Shown here piece after piece: positions 1 through 8,995 of a stretch of DNA of 64,000 bases (the first letter of the stretch is position 1; every line of letters starts with the position of its first letter). A program made the position numbers and the translations under genes. The notes beneath the pieces were generated by a model. It saw only the letters and a list, made by a program, of their open reading frames with translations, ran no database searches and was not told where the DNA came from. Origin of the DNA: Chrysomallon squamiferum (lineage: Eukaryota > Animalia > Mollusca); the NCBI GenBank assembly GCA_012295275.1, contig CM022672.1, forward strand, positions 2,480,001-2,544,000, read 5' to 3'.

Positions 1-966
1 AAAGCTGTCACACTGCAATCAGTAATTTTCTTTTTTTACTTATTCAAGTGTGAAATATAGAATATAATTTGATCCGTCAAATGCCTTAAGTATTTTGTCT
101 ATTAATCTCGCATTTTTCACGTAAAAGGCTTTACCATCCAAAACGGCGTATTAATCCATTGATTTTTAATGAAAGATGTTTCCAATCCATCATCACGACT
201 ATGACAAATATGGAAAGCAGAATGAATTTTTGACAGACACTGGTCATTTGATACTTCATTCACTGAATGTTGTTGCCTTAAAAATGAAAATTATTCACCT
301 AAATCTGTAGCCAGTGTTTTTTTTTATTTTTTTTTTTTTACTAAACAACAGATGAAATCGAGCATTTTGCTTGCTATCACTCACTTGGGATAGCACAAGA
401 GAGGAATTTTTTGAATGCTAGACATGTGTCAGTTACGTGTCTGACAATAAGTGTAACCCTTTCGTCCAGTGTCGCGCCCCAGACTCGCGTCAAATGCTTG
501 ATCGATCAAGTGATAGAAATTAATGGTCCACTCTCCACGTAGCTGAATGCAGTGTTTTCTGCATGAAAGAATATGGGGTTGTGGAAATGGACATTCACAC
601 TGTGGTAAACATTTTCTGATTAATGAGAAATTAATATCACTCTTTAGACTGCTTGATATCCATGAATGCTTTGAAATGTCAAAAAGCACAAACTGAATTT
701 TACTTTAATTTTTCTGAAACGGCTTCATGGCATTTGTCCCTTGACAAACTGTTTCAGATCAAATATTTACTCAGGAATTTCAAAATTCATGAGGCTCTAG
801 TCATTTAATTTTCATTTTAGTTCTGCACTGGTCTAAAAAATATTGAATTTCTTGCATTAAAATTCAGTAAACTATGTTAATGTTGAATTTTAAATGCACA
901 ATATTAGTATTAAATCTTATGACAGCATTGGTTAGCCAGATTTTTCTAAAACAAAGATTTGCTTAC

Positions 967-988
967 CTTGGCACCTTTAGTCTTTTTG
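967..988 (-). CDS. Nucleoplasmin-like gene, 22-nt microexon
   Basis: Strong tcttcttttcag acceptor and gtaagc donor. Reads KKTKGAK in phase with exon 7. Confidence 0.6.
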
Positions 989-3900
989 CTGAAAAGAAGA
1001 TAAACAGGGTCAGTTATTGCAATAAACTAGGAATTTATGTTTTGCAAGTCTTAAATTTTGAACTAAATGCATAGTCTATAAAATTACTTTGAATCATTTT
1101 AGCAGTATTACAAGTATTACCCACTGTTGCAGAATCCAATTACAGCATTAACACTAATCACAAACTGCCAATTATTTTACTATACCTTTTTTTTTTATGT
1201 TTGGCAAATCCTGTTAATTCTTTAAACAGAAATTAATCTCATCTAGGTGGAGAAAATTTTAAAGTTACATTTTTAAACTAAATATGATAAGAAATAAAAG
1301 TACATTTTAGTTGATCCATAATCTTCATCATCATCATCATCATCTTCCTCCTCTTCCTCTTCATCTTCCATTTCTTCTTCCTCTTCCTGCTAAAGAAATT
1401 TTAATTTGTTTAAAATAACTCCAAGACCCAGTCAAATCAGTTAACATTGTCAGCATACTACACAAGGTTCAGACAGTAAACATCCAAACATGGAAAGAAA
1501 GCATTTTTGAGAGATTGGTAAAATTTTAACACTTCACTCATTTAATGTTCAGCAATAAGTCAATGTTGCTATCTAGTTGCAAGCATGTTAGAAAATAAAA
1601 CTGATCAGTTACTCAGTGATATTTATTTTTAAACTAATCCAGCTTACAAATTTGGTAGTATAATGATCAGATGAAATACATCAATTGACTTAATTGAAAA
1701 ATTAGACATTTAGTCAGATTTAACAATTCATTGTTGTGTTGTATGGTCTTTAAGAATTAAATAGATAAAAGTGATTTTCCACTTTCCCAAATGAAAATAG
1801 ATGGTGTAGTGTATCACAAAAAAACCCTTTATTACTGCAACTTGTCACCTTTTTCAGTTAATTTGTATTTTAAATGTTCAAATATAAACTGATTAAATAA
1901 TGACCATTTTTAAAGGCTAAAATTTTAAAAGGCATTTTTTTTTTTTTTATCAGCATGGCCATTACATTAATGTATTTTTACAAAATTAAAATTTGTACCA
2001 AACGCTCTTCAAACCTTGAAAAGAAAACCTTTTATTTTTGTTCAGTGTTTACCAACGATTCATTTTACATTTACTTCTGCAACGCATTTCAAAAGAAAAA
2101 GCAATCAAAACAGTTTATTCTGAACAAAGCCTGCCTTCTCAAGTTGTTATATTGAAACATGTTCATGCATACTAACTACTCTAAATTTCTTACTGATCGT
2201 ACAAACGTTTTTGTGTGAAATATGCTAAAAATCCGTGTCCTTTTTTTTACAGACAGGTGTAACAAAATAAGCTCCAAAGGCAGCAAGTTCTGAACTGAGA
2301 AACTCGGTTCCTGTCTGCTGCACAATGACGACAAATCAACTGGGATTCGTAAATCTCTTGAACACATCCGCAAGCGTACGTTATCACACATACTGGTTAC
2401 ATTATCTCATTGAACACTGCAGGATCCATTTAGGAAATTCACCAATTAGAAAGATTAATGGCTTCTTAGCATACAGTGGTGGTACATGATAACACCCATG
2501 TGGTCAGAATATTCAGTTCATTAAGTCCTCATGTGAGTAAAATGCAAAGCTCTTTAGTATCGAAGATCGAATAGGGTCACTTGTTTTCAATAAATTATCA
2601 CAGGTTTTTCCCTCCCATAAACTTTTTTGAGTGTAACCGTGTTAATTGCTATTTGCTTCAGTTGCCTTTTAAAAAAACATAGCATGTAATATGTATTCAT
2701 GTTACAAATATAAGCATCTATTTTTACAGTAACCAAGATATAACCATGTACATGAAACAAACAAGTACAGTCACCTGTGTGATACTGCAACTCACCTCTT
2801 CCTCCTCACTTTCTTCATCCGATTCTGCTGATATTTCTAGTTTTCCTTTTTTCTGTGAAACAAAGATTTAAGGATAAATGAGCATCATAGAATTAAATCA
2901 AACCAAAAACTATAAAATTTGTCACACACACACCTCGACTTCAGTTGATTTGGTTTTATTTGACAACTGATGCAGTAATTCCCTACCTATGATAACTGCT
3001 ACTTTTTATTTCTTTTAAAATATTTTACGTCTGATCTCATGTTGAATTTTGCTTACTTCTTTAAACTAACAAAGTATGGCCTCTTGATCCAAAAGGTCCC
3101 CATACTGCAGTTTTATGACAGAAATCTTAATGTTATTTGCTCTTATTACGAGTTCAGGAAAGTTTTCCGGCTTCTTAGTTGTTAAAACATGAAAAGGAAT
3201 TTGCAGAAAATAACCCTAAACCAGATTACCTTTGTCTTTGCACTTGTCTGGGTTGGTGCTTTCCTTTTGAAGGATTTTTTGTCTTTGCTCACTGAATCAT
3301 CCAGATCTTCAAATTCTTCAACCTCTTCCACAAGCTCTCCCTCTTCTTGTGTTACATCTTCATCCTCAGGTGGAAATTCTGTAATCATTAACATACAACA
3401 GTATTCAATAGTGTCTTTCCTCATCAACACCACCATTCCATACATAGTTCACTTGTAATAGTTAAACTTTTTTATATATATATCTTCCATATCAGAAAGG
3501 ATAGGTCTAGTATTTTTATTTCACTGGTTGGATTGGGAAATGATAGGGTGTAGAAATGTTTAAATCAAAAAATTTTCTGTAAAACATCAAACTTTCAAAT
3601 GACTGATACTGTTCTCAAACAGCAACGAAAATTTCACTTTGGATTTGAATATTTTGGGTAATAAAATTGCAAAGGTCAGATATTGTTTTTCAAACACTGA
3701 ATTAAAGATTTGTCCAGATTATTATGTTACAGTGACAGTTGAAAGAAATTCAGTAAAACAAAGCTGCTTGAAATGCATCAATAAATTTCATGTTTACTTA
3801 TAAGAAGAACATTTTTGAAACTTTTTAAATGCTTTCATTTATCAGGGTACTCCTGAATTACAACACCAGCAAACAGGAGATGGGTTAAGAGTATCAAAAA

Positions 3901-5889
3901 TGACGATCTGATTTTCCTCAATTTGGCATATACAGCAGGTACCAATGAGATTTACCTTTTAAGATAAATTTTGTTATAGAGAGATCTACAGGTTAAAAAT
4001 AGTGTACATTCTTTGGTACCTTGAAAATACCTACCAACTAATTGTTGTCCAGATAAGTGAATTGGACCCGATCCCTCAATTAGTCTGAACACTACAGGGG
4101 TTTTTCCACCAAAACTGATATCCAAGAACAGCTGGAAGTAACATTTTATAACAATTAAAAATTATACTCATGTTTTTAGTTTGCCAGTTATCAATCACAA
4201 ATGTTTACGTGAATTTAAATACAGCCTCAGTCTTTAAAGAACATTTGCCCAAACTGCTTATACTCGTTAGATTTCTGCACATGTGATCTACAGATATTTG
4301 TTACTGTGAACATTCATATGTACATTATCAATATGGGAACATTTTTTTTTTATACATTTAGTTCAATGAAATCAGTGATATTCAATACACTTTATTTGTG
4401 TAGAGATGATGACTATAGCAGCAACTCTTTCCTTCAAAGGACTTTTAACATCTTTCCCAGACCAAAACACACACAGCGAAGTGCTGTTAGAGAGTTGAAT
4501 ATCAAATGATGTAGTAATACCAAGGACTGAATTTACAGTTACTTATATTTTATTTATAACCAGATATACCAGTAGTCACTAAGAGGTTATGGGAAGAAAA
4601 AAACTAGCAGATCCAACCATTAAGCTACATCACCATTATAATTGAAAACAGCTTTTGATATTAAAACTATTTGAAATACTAACTATTATCCATAAAATTA
4701 CTTACAGAATCTTTCAAACCACAAGTGAGTGAGAGGAGAGGTTGCTTAATTTCTTTGTTTTCATAGTTTATTGTTTCAACTTGGACAATATTTCTTTCTT
4801 GGTGTACAGCTGATGGTCCTAAAGTTGCCTGAAGAGGTATAAAAGCACTGAATTAATTTCAAGAAACTTGTTGCATATTACTGTGTATGTTTTAAACATA
4901 CAACAATCTAGTAATACACCCAGAATATATTTTTAAATTACAAATCTCAAATCAACATTGTTATTTATGTTTGTATACACAGAGTTTGCATTCTAATTAC
5001 AGAAACCAATTCCAGAATAGTTTATTATGCTTTTCTGAATGAAAGGCAGTGATCAAATATCTACTTTTTCTCATACATTTTGCATTAACAGACTTTAAAT
5101 AAGTTATAAATGCAACAACATCAACAAAAAAATATAAAAATTAATAAAAATAAAATAAATACCAGCTGGGGTATAATTCAGTAAACAGCTGAAAGACTTG
5201 AAACAAAGCATTAAATTCTGCAATAATTTTGGTAGATGCTTGCATTTTGTAATGTTCTGAGCAAAAAAGTATGAGATAAAGTCGTTTTGAAATTATTCAC
5301 TGGTCGCGTTTCTTTGAAATGCATATAAAGCCTTACATTTCTTAGGAAAAGAGTGTGGTCCATGAAGTCGGTGTCGTCATCTTCCTCCGTAAACGACCAC
5401 GACGTTGTAGGGTTGTCTTTGCTTAATGTGCAACCTGAAATTTAATCCACAGTTCATTGTCATTTATTCTTAACGCAGACGTTTTTCTTTTATAATCATT
5501 AAATATAAAACGTAGAACATATTTTGCATTATGATAAAGCAATGAAATTTAAAAATAATTTGAGTTTGTAAAAAACACCAGGCTCGATTCTTTTTTAATT
5601 AAAATTTTGTCGATTTATTTCATTACCTGACAAGTGTGTGGTTAATGTCTAACATTTTTTTTTTTTTAAAAGCATTTTTCAATTCTTCTTGTTTATTCAA
5701 ATTTTACTGAAGACAGAACGTATTTTTTCAAGTGAAAGAATGAGAGTGAAAAATTGTTTCCATAATGATGTATGCGAAAATCTTTCGTCATATCATTAAA
5801 TAATAATTTGAAAAAAAAAAAAAGTTTTTTTTTTTTTTTTTTTAAATTTCCTAATGATAATGGCGTTAATGGGAACATTTTGGTAACAT

Positions 5890-5921
<32 letters not shown>

Positions 5922-6064
5922 CACGCACTTCAGTTTTCATAATTTAGTTTTAATTTATTTTTCTTCTTCTCACTTGTAACAGACACGAAAAAATTCTTAC
6001 CCCAGAAATATTCCCTCGCTTGTGGGTCAGTTTTGCTGAAACTGTGGTGATGTAAAGACGACAT
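967..6064 (-). CDS. Nucleoplasmin/nucleophosmin-family histone chaperone (NPM/ANO39-like). Spliced exons: 6064-6001, 5434-5337, 4828-4706, 4131-4035, 3378-3230, 2852-2796, 1386-1304, 988-967. A possible final exon at 198-193 (TCG TGA).
   Basis: Manual splicing with GT-AG junctions and consistent phases gives MSSLHHHSFSKTDPQAREYFWGCTLSKDNPTTSWSFTEEDDDTDFMDHTLFLRNATLGPSAVHQERNIVQVETINYENKEIKQPLLSLTCGLKDSLFLDISFGGKTPVVFRLIEGSGPIHLSGQQLV. This is followed by acidic tracts and a bipartite NLS-like KRK...KKGK. FWG, ERNIV and PVxFxLxxGSGPxHxSGQ are nucleoplasmin core motifs. The 3'-most exons are less certain. Confidence 0.88.
1304..1386 (-). CDS. Nucleoplasmin-like gene, exon 7 (poly-Glu/Asp)
   Basis: tagcag (NAGNAG) acceptor. 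Encodes EEEEEMEDEEEEEEDDDDDDEDYGSTK. The gtactt donor is weak, so the 3' boundary is uncertain. Confidence 0.7.
2796..2852 (-). CDS. Nucleoplasmin-like gene, exon 6
   Basis: tcacag acceptor and gtgagt donor. Encodes KKGKLEISAESDEESEEEE. Confidence 0.85.
3230..3378 (-). CDS. Nucleoplasmin-like gene, exon 5 (acidic tract and basic NLS half)
   Basis: ttacag acceptor and gtaatc donor. Encodes EFPPEDEDVTQEEGELVEEVEEFEDLDDSVSKDKKSFKRKAPTQTSAKTK, inside ORF 3182-3445. Confidence 0.88.
4035..4131 (-). CDS. Nucleoplasmin-like gene, exon 4
   Basis: ttccag acceptor and gtaggt donor. Encodes LFLDISFGGKTPVVFRLIEGSGPIHLSGQQLV. Confidence 0.9.
4706..4828 (-). CDS. Nucleoplasmin-like gene, exon 3
   Basis: cttcag acceptor and gtaagt donor. 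Encodes ATLGPSAVHQERNIVQVET...LSLTCGLKDS. Confidence 0.9.
5337..5434 (-). CDS. Nucleoplasmin-like gene, exon 2
   Basis: tttcag acceptor and gtaagg donor. Encodes GCTLSKDNPTTSWSFTEEDDDTDFMDHTLFLRN (short A1 acidic loop). Confidence 0.88.
6001..6064 (-). CDS. Nucleoplasmin-like gene, coding exon 1
   Basis: ATG...EYFW G, followed by a gtaaga donor at 6000. Confidence 0.85.
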
Positions 6065-6169
6065 GACTATCTGGAATCTGGTGTCACTTCCAAAACCTGA
6101 CCACGACACTGAACAAACGAAGCTAACTCGACCATTTAACAAAGTGATACTACCCACAAAGCTGCGGCG

Positions 6170-6250
6170 TCTTCCTGCACGTGCATCACGAACGTGGGGA
6201 TCATCACGTGATTCACCGAACTTTGTCCTCGGTTACAAGTGACGTAAATT
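6170..6250. promoter_or_regulatory. Promoter region of the nucleoplasmin-like gene, in the divergent intergenic region shared with SIL1
   Basis: CpG-rich island with two CACGTG E-boxes (6178-6183, 6205-6210) and a CRE-like TGACGTAA (6240-6247), about 110-180 nt upstream of the ATG. Confidence 0.55.
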
Positions 6251-6604
6251 CTCTGAATGGTTTCACTCATTTTCGAGCAAGATTATTTCAAATTTAAAAC
6301 AGTGAGAATATTATTGTTAGATACAATCTGAGCGGGTTTATATGCTCATTTTGAAAAATGCTTCTAATTTAAATTTCGCATAAACACTATAACTCGTTTC
6401 TGCAAAAAAAAAAATAGTTGACAAATGCATATGCATATAACATGATTTAGCGGTATTGTGGTTAGAGAAGGGGTGTAATTGAGCTTTACTGAAATTTTGT
6501 ACTTGTAGACGAAGCAAATTATATTTATTCACCCAAGTCTGTTATGTAGTGGCAGGTTTATTAATAAACATATCCATATTGTTACGACTAACTTCAGACT
6601 GCAG

Positions 6605-6656
<52 letters not shown>

Positions 6657-6878
6657 GACAAAACAAAAGAAAGGAAATCCCAACAGATTAACTTCGAAAA
6701 TATAACAGAAAAATTAAACAGCGCTAGGAAGGTATAGACTATAGCCGTATAGGCCTAAGAAAAGAGCGGACGCAAGGAGCAAACAAGAAAATTTTGAAAT
6801 ATCTGGGTTATTAACCATTTTAATTTTGTATTTATTTATCATATTCTGTGAGCATTAATTTATTTTAAACATTTGTTT

Positions 6879-6995
6879 AGTCATGGGATTTGCCAACGAA
6901 TTTATTTTTAATTCCTATTGATAAATCTGGTGAAGAACGTTCTAGTACATGCTTACTAAATATAGATATAGGTGTTTTCCCATTCTAAATATAGC
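6879..6995 (+). repeat. ~115-bp direct repeat, copy 1
   Basis: gtcatgggatttgcc...gataaatctggtgaagaacgttctagtacatg...ggtgttttcccattctaaatatag is nearly identical to 8403-8516. Confidence 0.9.
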
Positions 6996-7239
6996 ATCAA
7001 GTTTTTGCAATTGAAATGTCGTACATGTAGTTTAGACGAAATAGGATCAGTATTACTTTTTATACATTCTTCAACAAGAGCAGCTGTATTGTTAAAGATA
7101 CATTACGACTGAAACCAGTTATTTAGAGAATATAAACTAAAATAATATTAAAGTAGAGATAGGTTTATTCTTAACGGCTATTATATATCCATCGTTCGTA
7201 ACAAATCCATATTTTGAATGATTGTGAAATTGTAATGGC

Positions 7240-7247
7240 TGACGTGG
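7240..7247 (+). promoter_or_regulatory. UPRE-like element (TGACGTGG) upstream of SIL1
   Basis: Exact match to the XBP1/ATF6 UPRE consensus TGACGTGG, upstream of an ER co-chaperone gene. Confidence 0.45.
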
Positions 7248-7521
7248 AGGCAAATGCAAGTGCCAAGTAGGCAATTTGAAGAATGACGCAAGATCTTTTG
7301 ATATATAACATTATTCTTAGCATGGATCTTACCACATAAAGGTTAACAAATCAGAAATTTATGCTGTTTACGTTAAATCAGTTCTCCGCGCTTCAAATTT
7401 CGAATTAGCACGAACAAATAGACAAGACTAGGAAGAGAGATTGAAGAGTCAGCACTTGTTTGATACAGTTAATTATTCCAGACTAGTCGCTTTTTAAAAC
7501 GTTCATATTCTTTGTATTTAG

Positions 7522-7568
7522 GATGATTTGTTAACATGCCACAGACTGACAGAAAGCTGAAGAATAAG
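7522..7568 (+). other. SIL1: Putative SIL1 5' exon (UTR, or an in-frame N-terminal extension from ATG 7536)
   Basis: ctttgtatttag acceptor and AAG|gtaggt donor. ATG 7536 is in frame with the exon starting at 8815. Confidence 0.5.
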
Positions 7569-8402
7569 GTAGGTTATATTTTATTTTTAATTTTAATCAG
7601 AAACACGAGACAACTAAGACTATAGTTTAATTACTAATTAAATTATAATATATTTTGTTCAAATAATTTCATTTCATAAATTGATAGAGCAACGTTTAAT
7701 AAACAAATTATGTCTAAACTTTGAGCGATTGTTATTTTATTAAAACTAATGGTAGTATAGTAACAGAGTATGTAATGCATGTTGCAACAAAACACATTTA
7801 TTTTTTATTACATCTATTATTATTTTTGTTTCATATGTCCCTGGTGTACAAATGTAAGATACTTTATAACAGCAGTTAATTATCTTCTGAAATTATATAC
7901 AGTTACCTTTGAAAGTATGTGTAATGTCATTTTTACACCTAAGTGTTCTCTAGCCATGTTCAAAACAAATTTGATTTATAGATTTAATGTAAATAAAACC
8001 AATGAATCCAATAAAATAACATTAATATATTTCACATAGATGGTTATAATTACACTTATTTTACAATCTTTTTTGTTAAAAGTTGTTATCAAAACACATT
8101 TTTGATTTGATATGTTTTTGATCCAGGATTAGAAATCGATATGTCTGAAAAGTTAATATTAATACACTATTGTTATCTGTGTATTGTTTAACTGCTTAAT
8201 AATTTCACCTTATTTTAATAAAAAAAATTGATACATGATATATATGTTAGAAATTAAACATAAATTTTGAGTTTAAAGTTGAAGAAGATATCTCAGTGCA
8301 TTGTTTTGTAATGTGTTATTATTCAACAGAGTTTCGTTTTCTTCTTTTTTTGTAATTTTGTTTTTTGCCCTTTACTTTCAGAACTGTTAGTTGATGTCTA
8401 AA

Positions 8403-8516
8403 GTCATAGGATTTGCCATTGAATTTATTTAAATTCCTACTGATAAATCTGATGAAGAACATTCTAGTACATGATTACTAAATATAGATATAGGTGTTTT
8501 CCCATTCTAAATATAG
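8403..8516 (+). repeat. ~115-bp direct repeat, copy 2
   Basis: gtcataggatttgcc...gataaatctgatgaagaacattctagtacatg...ggtgttttcccattctaaatatag. Confidence 0.9.
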
Positions 8517-8826
8517 TCAAAATAATCATTAATTAATAATAATAATAATAATAAACAAAGAATTTTACATGTACTATCATAAATAAAATACTAAATGAAA
8601 CAGCAGCAATAAAAAAAAAGAAAAAAGTATAATATAATGATAAAAATCCAACCTTATAGATCCTACTGCTAGCCATATAAAAAACAACAACAAAAACCCC
8701 CCACCTAAAATAAATAAGTAAATAAATAAATAAATAAAATTTAAAAAAAAAAAATTAATTTTTAAAATTATATCAAAGCATACATGCAACAGAATGTTTT
8801 ACTGTATGTTTCAGATAGACATTCAC

Positions 8827-8995
8827 ATGATGGGATTTCTGTATAAAAGTATCAAGGCAACCAACTTGGTTGTTTTGTTCCTGTTCCTTGCGTGCTGCTA
8901 CTACAGCCTCTGTGTGACAAGTGAGCTGTCCCCTGCAGGAAACCAAGCCGCTCTGACAGTTGTAGAACAGAAAGAGGACAGCGCTGATGATGATG
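8827..8995 (+). CDS. SIL1: SIL1 exon encoding the signal peptide (exon acceptor at 8815)
   Basis: [56 protein letters not shown], then a gtatac donor. Confidence 0.85.

Noticed and set aside
452-462. Telomerase RNA template-like TAACCCT (also at 3211 and 20753)
   Set aside because: Too short (less than 1.5 repeats), and no pseudoknot or CR4/5 context was recognised.
455-475. Hammerhead ribozyme (GGACGAAA on the minus strand)
   Set aside because: No CUGANGA core in the required position.
429-689. 86-aa ORF as a nucleoplasmin terminal exon
   Set aside because: The acceptor is poor and the sequence has no NPM-like features. The region is better explained as structured non-coding RNA.
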